NCBI GenBank assembly: GCA_021159365.1 | Contig: JAGGRY010000036.1 | Span: 4,840-68,839, forward strand | Length of the DNA stretch: 64,000 nucleotides | Direction: 5' to 3' | Source: Nitrososphaerota archaeon | GTDB taxonomy: Archaea; Thermoproteota; Nitrososphaeria_A; Caldarchaeales; Wolframiiraptoraceae | Shown: positions 1 to 9,969 of the stretch, piece after piece | Position numbering within the stretch: position 1 is the first letter of the stretch | Layout of the letters: each line of letters opens with the position of its first letter | Program-made: the position numbers and the translations under genes | The notes under the pieces: generated by a model | Databases searched by the model: none | What the model was told of the DNA's origin: nothing | What the model saw: only the letters and a program-made list of their open reading frames with translations

Positions 1-326
1 GCCACCAAAGGCTTAGCGTTCGTCAAGGCCTTCAAGATGCTGGATTTACCCGAATTTGCCGCGCCTATGAGAGCTATTTGAGCCGCACCCTCCTTAGGTA
101 TGGAGAAGTAGTCTCTTCTACTTGGTTTCGCCGCCGCCTTCCGCTCAGCCATTCTCCTAAGCTCTGAGATCCTCCTCCTAATTCTACCTCTGAGCTTCTC
201 AGTTCCCTTATGGGCTGGAATTAGGCTAAGTGCTTCTTCTAATGCTTTGATCTTACCCTCAATAGTCTTCGCAGCCTGATACTTAGCTAAAGCCTTTTGA
301 GCCTCGGCTGGGAGGTTCGCCGGCAT
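1..326 (-). CDS. DRG/Obg-family GTP-binding protein, N-terminal part (truncated by window edge)
   Basis: Own translation of minus strand from ATG (complement of cat at 324-326): MPANLPAEAQKALAKYQAAKTIEGKIKALEEAL...KEGAAQIALIGAANSGKSSILKALTNAKP. It has a P-loop GxxxxGKS after a helical N-terminus, as in archaeal/eukaryotic DRG GTPases. Not in the ORF track because it runs off the window. Confidence 0.6.
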   Translation of the reverse strand, partial: MPANLPAEAQKALAKYQAAKTIEGKIKALEEALSLIPAHKGTEKLRGRIRRRISELRRMAERKAAAKPSRRDYFSIPKEGAAQIALIGAANSGKSSILKALTNAKPLV

Positions 327-368
327 CCCAATTAACTCATTACAATTCTAAGATAAATGGATGAATCC

Positions 369-1607
369 CTAGGTTAGATAATCTATCGCCGCGCCGAGAT
401 ATACTTTCGCAGCGTTTATCAAGTCCTCGACCTTCACCCTCTCATTATAGCCATGAATTCCCTCCATCTCCGCCGGACCATAATGGATTGTGGGAATATC
501 TGCTTTCCTAAAGTGTCTAGCGTCGCTTGAAGCCCACTCCAAGAACGGTTTTGGATCAATTCCAATGATCTCTTTAACATTCTTCTCGACCACTTTTACG
601 ATCTCTGAACTCGGCGCGGTGTAGTTCGGTTCACCGGCGCTGGCGAACTCTACCTCTCCATATTTCTCGACGATCTCCCTTATCTTTGATGTGATCTCAG
701 CCGCCGATAGCCCTATCGGGACTCTAACATCTATCTCCAACTCACATCTATCTGGAATGATATTCACCTTTGTTCCGCCTTTAATTATCCCGAAGTTTAT
801 GGTCGGGTGATCTATCGCCTTACTCGCTTCACGCGACACGGATTTCTCCAATAGATTCCTCGAATACTCGGCCACATCAAGTAGATCTTTCGGAAGCTCC
901 GCCTTCATCTCCGTTATCTTCATGAGTTCGCGGATCAGGTTCACGGACTTCACTATCGCGTTGTCCCCGATGAACGGTGATAGGCTTCCATGACCGGGAA
1001 TACCCTTGACGATTATCTTAGCCCAGATTGCTCCCTTCTCTCCAATATTTATCAGATCCATCCCAGTTGGCTCGGCGATCAAGACCGATGATCCCAAGGC
1101 TTTTCCTTTCTCGACTAGGTAAGCGGCTCCATGGGTTCCTCCAGTCTCTTCATCCGCGACGCATACGAGCTTCAATCTCCCCTTCAATCGATCCTCAAAC
1201 TTGACGAGCTTCTTGAACGCGTAGATTATTCCAGCTAATCCGCCCTTCATGTCAGACGCCCCTCTCCCATATAGATATCCATCTCGAACCTCTCCTGAGA
1301 ATGGATCAAAGCTCCACCTAGATCTATCCCCTATCGGAACCACATCGAGGTGGCCATTCAAGACGAGAACTCTATCAGATCCCTTCTCACCTATCTCCGC
1401 TATGAGGTTCACCTTCTTCTCAGCCGGCTCGCATAATTCGACGGTTACACCCTCTTCTTCGAGATAATTCTTCACGAACGCTGCAATCTTACTCGTGTCT
1501 CCAGGTGGATTCACGCTGGGAATCTTGATGAGCCTTGAAGCGAGCTCAACGACCTCCTCTTTATGAAAATCTTTAAAGACTCTTTCCTTAAACTCGCCCT
1601 CGCCCAT
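369..1607 (-). CDS. M20-family metallopeptidase/deacylase (ArgE/DapE/LysK-like)
   Basis: 412 aa with motifs LNGHLDVVP, GRGASDMKGG and ADEETGG, typical of peptidase M20 / acetylornithine deacetylase-like enzymes. Confidence 0.8.
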   Translation of the reverse strand: MGEGEFKERVFKDFHKEEVVELASRLIKIPSVNPPGDTSKIAAFVKNYLEEEGVTVELCEPAEKKVNLIAEIGEKGSDRVLVLNGHLDVVPIGDRSRWSFDPFSGEVRDGYLYGRGASDMKGGLAGIIYAFKKLVKFEDRLKGRLKLVCVADEETGGTHGAAYLVEKGKALGSSVLIAEPTGMDLINIGEKGAIWAKIIVKGIPGHGSLSPFIGDNAIVKSVNLIRELMKITEMKAELPKDLLDVAEYSRNLLEKSVSREASKAIDHPTINFGIIKGGTKVNIIPDRCELEIDVRVPIGLSAAEITSKIREIVEKYGEVEFASAGEPNYTAPSSEIVKVVEKNVKEIIGIDPKPFLEWASSDARHFRKADIPTIHYGPAEMEGIHGYNERVKVEDLINAAKVYLGAAIDYLT

Positions 1608-1729
1608 CTCAGCTCAAGTCGAATATGTCTGCCATGAATATAACTTTAGGGCTGAGCCGCGCAAATTTCTTCGACTAATTTTAAACATGATAATCTTTAA
1701 CATCTAGCGATGTTTCTTCGAAGTCGGGG

Positions 1730-3610
1730 ATGGCGTTAAGAAAACTGATGGAAGAGGCTGAGAAGCTCTTAAGATCGGCGGGAGTAGAGGAGCCTAAGAT
1801 AGAGCTCTCGAGAGATCCCAGATATGGGGAGATCTCATCTCTAGCGGCATTCGAGCTCGCGAAAAAGCTCAAGAAGTCTCCGAATGAAGTAGCATCAGAG
1901 ATCGTCGATAGAATTAGATCCGAGCAAATGGAGCTCGTGAAAGATGTTGAAGCTGTTAGAGGATATATCAACTTCAAGGCCAATTGGATAAAATACTCAG
2001 AGGAGATCTTGAAGGAGATCTTAGAGAAGGGTGAGAGATATGGATCGACCGAGATAGGAGCTGGGAGGAAGATCATAATCGAGCACACGAGCGTGAATCC
2101 GAATAAACCTCTTCACGTTGGACATGCGAGAAATACGTGTTTGGGGGATTCCCTAGCTAGAATTCTGAGATTCATAGGATACGACGTAATCGTCTTGAAT
2201 TACGTAGATGACAGTGGAGCTCAGATGGCGGATCTAATCCTAGGATTCACAGAGCTCGGATATCCTCTAGACCCACCGGAAGAGATGAGGTTCGACGAAT
2301 ACTGTGGAGACATCGTCTATGTTGAGGTTTCGAAGAAGGTTGAAGAAGATGAGAATCTCGCGGAGAGGAGGAGGAAGATTGTGGAAGAGATAGAGTCTGG
2401 GAGGGGAAGATGCTATGAATTGAATAAGAAGGTTGTCGAAAGAGTTTTGAGGGATCAGATTAAGACTTGTTGGAGATTAGGCGCAACCTACAATATACTG
2501 AACATGGAGAGCCAGATAATATCGCTCAATATCTGGAATGAGATCTTCGACAAACTCAAGGAGAAGAAGCTCGTTTATCGCGCCGAAAGCGGGGCGAAAG
2601 CTGGATGCTGGCTTCTAGATCTCTCTAAACATCCAATCCTCTCAAAGGAAGGTGATGAAGTCTTGGTTAGAAGTGATGGGACGACGACTTACGTCGCCAG
2701 AGATATAGCTTATGCCGCTTGGAAGCTCGGCGGAACGAGTAAGGACTTCAAGTACTCTATCTGGGGAGCGAATCCAGATGGCGGGAAGATCTACATAACC
2801 GATGAAGCTGGAGATATTGAACTCAAGATGGGAGAAGTCGACCGAGTGATCAACGTCATAGATGTTAGGCAGAAGAGGCCTCAAGAGATCGTGAAATACG
2901 CGTTAAAACTACTCGGATTGAGATCTGAGAAATACGTCCATTACGCGTATGAGATCGTGGCCCTCAGTAGGAAAGATGCTGAGAGACTTGGATATTGTGT
3001 TGAACGTGGAGAAAAGGTCGTTCATATGAGTGGGAGAAAGGGATTATACATCAAGGTCGAAGAAATGCTCAACATGTTAAAGGATAGAGCTCTAGAAGAA
3101 GTGAAGAAGAGGCATGAAGACTGGAGCATGGAAAAGATGATATCTGTTGCGGAGAAGATAGCGGTCGGAGCATTGAGATACGCATTGATAAAACCCGACA
3201 TCGATAAATTGATAGTCTTAGACACCGATGAGATCCTAAGACTTGAAGGAGATACAGGCCCATACCTCCAATACTCCTATGCCAGGGCTTGTAGAATTCT
3301 GGAGAAATCCGAAGATGAGCCGTCGACTAAACCTCCAGCGGAGCCTCTCGAGGCTGAGAAGAGATTATTGAGGAGGATGGCGATTCTTCCAAAGATATTA
3401 TTGGAGTTCGATGAGAATCTATTGATTAAGCCCATAGCAAATTATGCATATAGGCTTGCATCAGATTTCAACGACTTCTATGAGAAGGCTCCGGTTCTCA
3501 AGGCTTCAAAAGATGTTAGAAGATTTAGGCTCGGAATAGTCATGGCGTTTAAGGTAACGTTGGCTAATGTTTTGAGGCTTCTCGGAATTCCATTGATGGA
3601 GGAGATGTAG
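1730..3610 (+). CDS. argS: Arginyl-tRNA synthetase
   Basis: 626 aa. Class I HIGH-type motif (PLHVGHARN), an Arg-tRNA synthetase N-terminal domain and a C-terminal anticodon-binding DALR-like region (RYALIK...). Confidence 0.9.
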   Translation: MALRKLMEEAEKLLRSAGVEEPKIELSRDPRYGEISSLAAFELAKKLKKSPNEVASEIVDRIRSEQMELVKDVEAVRGYINFKANWIKYSEEILKEILEKGERYGSTEIGAGRKIIIEHTSVNPNKPLHVGHARNTCLGDSLARILRFIGYDVIVLNYVDDSGAQMADLILGFTELGYPLDPPEEMRFDEYCGDIVYVEVSKKVEEDENLAERRRKIVEEIESGRGRCYELNKKVVERVLRDQIKTCWRLGATYNILNMESQIISLNIWNEIFDKLKEKKLVYRAESGAKAGCWLLDLSKHPILSKEGDEVLVRSDGTTTYVARDIAYAAWKLGGTSKDFKYSIWGANPDGGKIYITDEAGDIELKMGEVDRVINVIDVRQKRPQEIVKYALKLLGLRSEKYVHYAYEIVALSRKDAERLGYCVERGEKVVHMSGRKGLYIKVEEMLNMLKDRALEEVKKRHEDWSMEKMISVAEKIAVGALRYALIKPDIDKLIVLDTDEILRLEGDTGPYLQYSYARACRILEKSEDEPSTKPPAEPLEAEKRLLRRMAILPKILLEFDENLLIKPIANYAYRLASDFNDFYEKAPVLKASKDVRRFRLGIVMAFKVTLANVLRLLGIPLMEEM

Positions 3611-3612
3611 AT

Positions 3613-4203
3613 TTACTCTATCTGAACCTTGAATCCCTTCCTTTCTTCTCCAGCCTTCTTCAAGACGACTTCTAAAACTCCATTCTTATAGGATGCCTTA
3701 GCGCTCTTCGGATCGACCTTCGCAGGTAGATCAACTTCCTTGTAATATTTCCTCTGCGGTGTATCGACTGAGATTATCAATCTATCCTCGGTTGCGTTGA
3801 GGTTTATGTCCTTCTTCTCAACCCCTGGAACCTCTGCGACCACCTTCACCACATCCTCTTCCTCATATACATCGACCAACGGCTCCCTAGCCTCGGTTAA
3901 TTCAACCATCTCAGGTCTTCCTCTAGGAGGTCTAATGTTCCCGAACTCCCTTATGATAGGCTTGCCATCAGGCCCAATCCTTATCGAATATCCATAGACT
4001 ATTGGCCCAAACTCTCTGACTATTCCCCTATCGGTTCTCCTTTCCCTGATCAAGCTCTTTGGAAGCTCTCGCTCAAGATCCTCAAAAGACTTTGAGAACA
4101 TCTCGTCGAGCTCCCTCATCATCCGCTCCATCTCCTCGAAGATCCTTGAGAATGGTGAACGCCTCCTCCACCTATCCCAACTCATAACACGAATACACCT
4201 CAA
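3613..4203 (-). CDS. Small heat-shock protein, Hsp20/alpha-crystallin family
   Basis: The C-terminal alpha-crystallin domain pattern (VDVYEEEDVVKVVAEVPGVEKKDINLNATEDRLIISV...ASYKNGVLEVVLKK) is classic sHSP. The start codon is uncertain. Confidence 0.85.
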   Translation of the reverse strand: MRCIRVMSWDRWRRRSPFSRIFEEMERMMRELDEMFSKSFEDLERELPKSLIRERRTDRGIVREFGPIVYGYSIRIGPDGKPIIREFGNIRPPRGRPEMVELTEAREPLVDVYEEEDVVKVVAEVPGVEKKDINLNATEDRLIISVDTPQRKYYKEVDLPAKVDPKSAKASYKNGVLEVVLKKAGEERKGFKVQIE

Positions 4204-4222
4204 GACAAATAGATTCTAGGAC

Positions 4223-4507
4223 TTATATAACCATATCCCTAGAATAGCATCGAGCCAACAATTTCTCCATCTTCGAGAAGAATTCGTCAACCCTTCTCAA
4301 AAACTCCCTCGCCTCATCCTTGCTCAGCTCTTGGCTGAAGACGTAGAGCTGTGTCCTACTAGGCCCACGATAACCTATTCTGGCGAATATCGTGATTCCA
4401 TACTCTTTCTTGATCTTCTTCACAAGCCTATCCCATAACTTCTCATTAAAGTTCCCTATCTCTCCCGTGAGTTTATCCTTGATCTCATCTAGAGATGGTG
4501 AGACCAT
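4223..4507 (-). CDS. Hypothetical small protein (94 aa)
   Basis: Clean ORF with no recognisable motif. Co-oriented with hsp20. Confidence 0.4.
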   Translation of the reverse strand: MVSPSLDEIKDKLTGEIGNFNEKLWDRLVKKIKKEYGITIFARIGYRGPSRTQLYVFSQELSKDEAREFLRRVDEFFSKMEKLLARCYSRDMVI

Positions 4508-4572
4508 CGCGGCATCAACACACTCCCTTAGAGCTGATACATTTTAGAAGGAAGTTATTAATTTTCAAAAAG

Positions 4573-4647
4573 CGGGCCCGGTGGGATTTGAACCCACGAT
4601 CTGCGGCTTAGGAGGCCGCCGCCTTATCCATGCTAGGCCACGGGCCC
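4573..4647 (-). tRNA. tRNA-Arg (anticodon CCU)
   Basis: The reverse complement folds as a cloverleaf: GGGCCCG-TG-GCCT..AGGC-G-GCGGC-CTCCTAA-GCCGC-AGATC-GTGGG-TTCAAAT-CCCAC-CGGGCCC-G. Anticodon loop CU-CCU-AA. No encoded CCA. Confidence 0.9.
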
Positions 4648-4678
4648 ATTAGATCTTAAGCTGATTCACCTTATATTT

Positions 4679-5374
4679 TTACCTTGTTGATTTTTCCTCA
4701 TGTATTTTTAAGCTTATGATCTCCGTTCTCGGTATCCATCTTAAGATGTATGCTGGGAGGTCGTAGAATTTGACGCATCTGAGGAGTATTGCTGAGTCGC
4801 TGGTCATGACCACTTGCTTAAATCTCTGGAGCTGTGAATCAACGTTTTTCGTTGTCTCGGCGTTTCCGGCTAATCCCACTTTCCCAAAGAGTCGTCTCAT
4901 GTGGCCAGCTATCTCACCGCTTCTACTTATCTGACTTTCAAATAATATCTTCGCGGATGCAATCTCCAATTCCTTTAACGCTTTGAGGAGTAGCTTTAAT
5001 GCTTCATCGGTTTTCTCTGTGAGCTTGTATTTTCCATGGATCTCTGAGAAGTCTCTGAGAACTCCGTCATCGCACAGGATCAGTGGCTCACCTCTAAGCA
5101 TGGTCTCAATCGTGTTCATCACGTTGAATCCATCGATCAAGACGTGCTCCTTCCTTAGATCCTTGGCCATCAATCTCTTCGAAGTTATTTTTTCCACATC
5201 GCTGGACGAGTATATCGATCTATAGAGGATGGATCTCTCAGCCCTATTCAACCTATATTTGTCTCCCACAAGCTTAAGTGACGAAGATCTGTTATATCCT
5301 CTATCGAGTAGGTATCTTAGATCTCCTCCAGCCTCGGCTAAAATCTTAAGTCTCTCAAGCGAAATTGTGTTCAT
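4679..5374 (-). CDS. Conserved archaeal hypothetical protein (possibly DUF434-type N-terminus with a PIN/NYN-like C-terminal half)
   Basis: 231 aa. N-terminal LRYLLDRGYNRSSSLKLVGDKYRL resembles my memory of DUF434. It overlaps the leuS stop by 4 nt (ATGA), suggesting co-transcription. The family assignment is not verifiable here. Confidence 0.4.
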   Translation of the reverse strand: MNTISLERLKILAEAGGDLRYLLDRGYNRSSSLKLVGDKYRLNRAERSILYRSIYSSSDVEKITSKRLMAKDLRKEHVLIDGFNVMNTIETMLRGEPLILCDDGVLRDFSEIHGKYKLTEKTDEALKLLLKALKELEIASAKILFESQISRSGEIAGHMRRLFGKVGLAGNAETTKNVDSQLQRFKQVVMTSDSAILLRCVKFYDLPAYILRWIPRTEIISLKIHEEKSTR

Positions 5375-8250
5375 TCCGCATATATCCCTGGTCTAAGCGG
5401 CAAGGCCGATGAAGCCTTCTTCTTAGGATCATAGAGGCCTTCTTCATCCTCGGAGTGCACCTCGAATTCTATACCCAACTCGCTCGTCAAGAACTCTGAC
5501 GCGGACTTGTAGATGTCAAGTTCCCTTTCAGCCGCGGCCATGAGATCTTCAAATCGATAATTCTGGATTAGTGATGAAATGTTTTCGATCATGAGCTTCG
5601 CGAGATTTGCGGCGATCTTCTTGAGCTCCGGCTTATTCGAGATGATCCACTTAATCAGCTCTCCGATCTCTCTGCTTCTTCCCTCTTTTAACAGATTTAG
5701 GGTTCTTTCGAGTAGACCGCGCTTCCAGTCTGACGCTACATAGATGTATACTTTTTTGGGCTTCTCCTTAATCACGTTGATTATGCTTCTAATATCTTCC
5801 ATTAATCTCATGATGAGTTCTTCAGCTAGCTCAGCTTCAGGATTGATCAGTTCTCCCCTCGGAGCTGGCCATTTCTCAACCGAGACGAATCCACTTTTTC
5901 CGAGGATGCTCCAAGCTTCCTCCGCCGTGAAGGGGATGAATGGTGCTAGAAGTTTTATCCATGTCTCGATGAATTCTCTCCCAATCTTACTGATTGAGCC
6001 GCCGGTTCTCCTGATATACCATCTCCAATCGTTATATAGGCCGTAGAGGGCGTCGTGGAAGGCTTTCCTCGTTTTGAGGTTCTCCATCCACTCGGTTATG
6101 TTCTCGATTCTTCTCTGAAGTCTTGACATAAGCCATGAATCAACCGCATTTTCTTCGACGAGTTCAGCCGAGGCAACCTCTCTAACGATTCTCAAAAGCT
6201 GATTTATCATATTCTTTATTTCTATCGCATTTCTCTCCCTCCAATCTGGATCGTCGAGATCTTCTGCGGCTAGGAGTAGGGTTGCTCTCGTCACGTCTGC
6301 GCCATACTTCATTATCGCCTTCTTTAATGGGATGAAGTTTCCCCTGCTCTTAGACATCTTTTCACCCTCGATGTTCACCATTCCATTAACTCCCACGCCC
6401 CTTGGCCAATGTCTTTCCTCGAAGATCGCGACGTGATTGAATATGTAGAAGGTTAGGTGGTTTGGAACGAGTTCTTTCGCCGAAATTCTCATATCAACTG
6501 GATACCAGTATAGGAATTCCTCCCTCATCTTCTTCAACAAATCTACATCAACGCCGACTTTCTTCGCGACTTCCTCTACATTGCCTAGTCCTAGGAAGAC
6601 ATAGTTTAGGACATCTAAGGTTAATTGATCCGGCTTGATGAGATTTAGATTTGGATATTTGCTTATCGTGTAAAGGGCTGGATAGAGCGTTGAGTCGCTC
6701 AAGGTTTCGACGATCCATTCCGGATCCCATGGAAGCCTAGTTCCCAATCCCGTCTTTCTCGTACACGCCCAATCTCTAAGCCAATCGACCACGTTGAGGA
6801 ACCATTGTCTAGCTTCCTCTGGATAGATCTCCATCTTCATCAGATGTTTTCTTACCTTTTCCTTCCATTCTGGATCGGAATATCTTAGAAACCATTGATT
6901 CTCCACTATCTTAACCACGTTCTCGGTTCCACATCTACATACAACCTTCTCTGGAAGCTCCCACATAATATCCCCTAATCCCAACTCTATTAGCTTGGCC
7001 TTCACCAGGTCTCTGGCCTCATTCACACTCTTCCCGGAATATTCTCCGCAATTTTCCTTCATGATTCCTTCATGGAATTCTTTAGAGTATATGGTCTTGG
7101 TCGCCTCCTCAAGCCTCGAATCGGTATCGGTCTTTATTCCAAGTCTCTCAACTTCCTCAACCGCCGGATAATCACCGTATCCTGGAACCCTGATTATCGA
7201 GATAGGCTTAATCTTCTCAACGATTTCCTTTAATCCATATCTCCTCAATCTCTCCTCATTGGATCTCAACGCTATAACTCCGGCGTAATCGTAGGGGGCG
7301 TGGGCTGGAACGCTGTAAACAACTCCGGTTCCAAAGTTCGGGTCAACTAAATCTGCTGGAAGTATTGGAACGGGCTTTCCGATTAAAGGGGCTTCCGCAT
7401 ACTTTCCGATGAGATCCTCGGGCTTCACGGATCCCAAGATCTTTACATTCTTTTGTTCCCTCAATTTCTCGGCAGCCCTCTTCGAGACAATATACTTCTT
7501 TCCATCAACTTCCGCTAATGCGTATTCATGATTTGGATTGATCCAGATGTTCGTCACTCCGAAGACTGTTTCAGGTCTAAGAGTTGCGGCTGCTAGATAT
7601 GCGTCGTTAAACTTGAAGAGGACTAATACATATTCTTCAGGCGACACACCTTCTCCAATGAGTCTATCATGGTCTCCGGTCGCGCTCTTACAGTTCGGAC
7701 ACCAAACCACTGGATGCTTGCCGATGGCTACGTATCCGCGATTCTTCAAGGTTATGAATTGCCATTGAATGAATCTGCTATAATATGGATGTAGGTCTGT
7801 TGTGTAGAATTCTCTCCTCCAGTCAACGGAGAATCCCATGGCGTCGACTACAACCTTATTCTCTTCTGTGTAGTATTTTGTCACGAAGACTGGGTCGGTG
7901 AATTTTTCCAAAAGCTCCTCTGGGACGCCATCTATCTCAATGAGCATTCTCCTGATGGATTCGTCTCCCCGCTTCAATCTCTCAGAAGTCCCGGCCACAG
8001 CCTCTCCAGTCCAATGCCAAGCCCATGGAAACAGCACATTATAGCCTTGCATCCGCTTGAATCTCGCATAGGCGTCTCCCCTCGTATAGGTGAATCCATG
8101 GCCTAGGTGGAGTGGTCCATTCTGATATGAGTAGGGGACGCAGATGAAGTATTTCGGCTTAGATGGGTCTGGATCTGCTTCGAAGATCTTCGCCTCCTTC
8201 CATCTCTTAATCCACTTCTCCTCATAATCTATTGGAGACCTAGTCTCCAT
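5371..8250 (-). CDS. leuS: Leucyl-tRNA synthetase (archaeal type)
   Basis: 959 aa. HIGH-type motif (PLHLGHGFTY), KMSKS present (GEKMSKSRGN), and a large CP1 editing insertion. Confidence 0.92.
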   Translation of the reverse strand: METRSPIDYEEKWIKRWKEAKIFEADPDPSKPKYFICVPYSYQNGPLHLGHGFTYTRGDAYARFKRMQGYNVLFPWAWHWTGEAVAGTSERLKRGDESIRRMLIEIDGVPEELLEKFTDPVFVTKYYTEENKVVVDAMGFSVDWRREFYTTDLHPYYSRFIQWQFITLKNRGYVAIGKHPVVWCPNCKSATGDHDRLIGEGVSPEEYVLVLFKFNDAYLAAATLRPETVFGVTNIWINPNHEYALAEVDGKKYIVSKRAAEKLREQKNVKILGSVKPEDLIGKYAEAPLIGKPVPILPADLVDPNFGTGVVYSVPAHAPYDYAGVIALRSNEERLRRYGLKEIVEKIKPISIIRVPGYGDYPAVEEVERLGIKTDTDSRLEEATKTIYSKEFHEGIMKENCGEYSGKSVNEARDLVKAKLIELGLGDIMWELPEKVVCRCGTENVVKIVENQWFLRYSDPEWKEKVRKHLMKMEIYPEEARQWFLNVVDWLRDWACTRKTGLGTRLPWDPEWIVETLSDSTLYPALYTISKYPNLNLIKPDQLTLDVLNYVFLGLGNVEEVAKKVGVDVDLLKKMREEFLYWYPVDMRISAKELVPNHLTFYIFNHVAIFEERHWPRGVGVNGMVNIEGEKMSKSRGNFIPLKKAIMKYGADVTRATLLLAAEDLDDPDWRERNAIEIKNMINQLLRIVREVASAELVEENAVDSWLMSRLQRRIENITEWMENLKTRKAFHDALYGLYNDWRWYIRRTGGSISKIGREFIETWIKLLAPFIPFTAEEAWSILGKSGFVSVEKWPAPRGELINPEAELAEELIMRLMEDIRSIINVIKEKPKKVYIYVASDWKRGLLERTLNLLKEGRSREIGELIKWIISNKPELKKIAANLAKLMIENISSLIQNYRFEDLMAAAERELDIYKSASEFLTSELGIEFEVHSEDEEGLYDPKKKASSALPLRPGIYAE

Positions 8251-8350
8251 TCAATCCATCACCCAAAGCGCTCAAACCAAATGAATCGAGGGCCATATTT
8301 AAGCAAAGCAAGACTATAATTTAACAACGATAAACTTTAGCCGAAGAAGA

Positions 8351-8425
8351 GGGCCCGTAGCCTAGTTTGGATATGGCGCCGGCCTTCGGAGCCGGAGGTC
8401 CGGGGTTCAAATCCCCGCGGGCCCA
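8351..8425 (+). tRNA. tRNA-Arg (anticodon UCG)
   Basis: Cloverleaf GGGCCCG-TA-GCCT..-CCGGC-CTTCGGA-GCCGG-AGGTC-CGGGG-TTCAAAT-CCCCG-CGGGCCC-A. Anticodon TCG. Confidence 0.9.
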
Positions 8426-8438
8426 CTTAACTTCTTCT

Positions 8439-9899
8439 TTAGGGTTTTAGTCCTGTCAGTAGCTGGCTTGGTGGATGAGGCCATTCACCTCTTCCATCCC
8501 AGATGCTTAGGAGGATGAAGGTTCTAGTTAGCATGCTATGATTCCAGTCCGGCATCCTCCAGTAGACGTCGAGTTCGACTAGATATGTTCTTTGATCAGC
8601 ATTTTGAGGGGCTTTAATCGATAATGGCACGTTGATCGATGAACCATTTTTAGCTACCGCCTCGGAAGGGGGAGATACCAGCTCCTTTGGAATGCCTTGA
8701 TCTCCAAGCGGATCAACTACCTCAAAGCTCAGAATAACGTCGGAGACGATGTTGATTGGTTTAATCTCTAGATCTATCTTACCGGACTCCCCGGGCTTAA
8801 CGATGACGACGTTTTCGATTATCAGCGGGAAGCATGAGAGCCGTATTATAGGCTTGATCAAAGAGTCTTCAGGTGGAGGGAACTCGTATGCGAACTTAGG
8901 GCATACCGTGATCGTCATGTTTTCGACCTCCAGATTCTCCGCCGAGCTGTAGTTTAATCTGGCGAAGACCGTTTGCCACTTCATACTCGGTAGCGTTGTG
9001 TAGTAGGTTGCGGCCGCCACTTCGCCCGTCTCGGCATCCACGAGAAAGCTTCCAACAGGATATGTCAGGTTTCCATTTCTGATATTTTCCCCAGAGAGTA
9101 TAATGAACCAATAGAGCCTATACTTGTTGATGAATTTCGGATCGACTGGGCTTTGTAATAATAGGTTCTTCGCGTCCGGGCTTATCCTCGCTATCCTGAG
9201 ATCTATTAACCTGACTGCGCCTTTCCTGAGAAGCTGGACTGGGATATTTGGGATATTCGATGATCTCAGGATCTCTATGGCTTGGGATGAGTTTATTCTT
9301 AGGTTGAAGCTCGCGTTACTTGGCGGGAGATCCTCCTCATACTTAGATACCTGCCTTGCTACGCCTTTGAAAGCGTCCACGGTTACCTCGATATCCGAGT
9401 AGTCTCCAAAGCCTCCCCAGATCCAATATCCCTTAAATGTCCTGACGAAATGGAGGGACCAAGTCGGCTCAATCAGTAGGCTTCCATTGACTACGTGGCC
9501 TGGGCTGAAATATGCGCTGACGAGCTTATAGTTTTGCGGAGTTATATTCGCGGCCTTGGAGGCGATCTCTAGGGCTTCCTCTAGATCTATCGCGGGCATC
9601 TTAAGATAGCCTAGCCGGTAGTGGATGGGGTGGTCGCCGAGATAATGATAGGATACCGTGTAGTTTGGGCTTTGAGGGTTCCAGCTCATCCTCGGATAGC
9701 CGAGCTCCTCGTAGATTTCTCCAACATCTAGGAAGCCAGCTACATCTTCGCGGGCTTCTTGGGAGCTCATCCGGCTTACACTGCTGGTTTCCGAAGGCGG
9801 CTGGCTGGTTGGTGATTGGGTTAAGCCTAGGTAGAGGATTGAGATTGTTGATAAGGTTATCAGCAGAACGATGAGTAAAGTCCACCTCGCCCTCATCAC
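8439..9899 (-). CDS. Secreted or membrane-anchored hypothetical protein (486 aa)
   Basis: N-terminal signal anchor (WTLLIVLLITLSTISILYLGL) followed by a Ser/Pro-rich linker. Many N-x-S/T sequons (NYT, NGS, NAS, NSS, NLT, NYS, NMT, NHS). No catalytic motif recognised. Confidence 0.55.
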   Translation of the reverse strand: MMRARWTLLIVLLITLSTISILYLGLTQSPTSQPPSETSSVSRMSSQEAREDVAGFLDVGEIYEELGYPRMSWNPQSPNYTVSYHYLGDHPIHYRLGYLKMPAIDLEEALEIASKAANITPQNYKLVSAYFSPGHVVNGSLLIEPTWSLHFVRTFKGYWIWGGFGDYSDIEVTVDAFKGVARQVSKYEEDLPPSNASFNLRINSSQAIEILRSSNIPNIPVQLLRKGAVRLIDLRIARISPDAKNLLLQSPVDPKFINKYRLYWFIILSGENIRNGNLTYPVGSFLVDAETGEVAAATYYTTLPSMKWQTVFARLNYSSAENLEVENMTITVCPKFAYEFPPPEDSLIKPIIRLSCFPLIIENVVIVKPGESGKIDLEIKPINIVSDVILSFEVVDPLGDQGIPKELVSPPSEAVAKNGSSINVPLSIKAPQNADQRTYLVELDVYWRMPDWNHSMLTRTFILLSIWDGRGEWPHPPSQLLTGLKP

Positions 9900-9969
9900 T
9901 CGATAAGGCGAGGCTCTTGAAGTTAATGCTATGCTTTTGAACGGTTAGTTCGACTCTTAGAACCGGCGC

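Noticed and set aside
1681-2088. Antisense 'shadow' ORFs listed in the ORF track. Examples are 1681-2088(-), 5744-6046(+), 21423-21704(+), 36342-36707(+), 56404-57101(+), 59380-59874(+) and 60249-60822(+), among many others.
   Set aside because: All are embedded opposite long, motif-supported genes (argS, leuS, carS, uppP, egsA, thiolase, HMGCS). They have Ser/Leu/Pro/Arg-biased low-complexity translations with no motifs. This is typical of reverse-frame artefacts.
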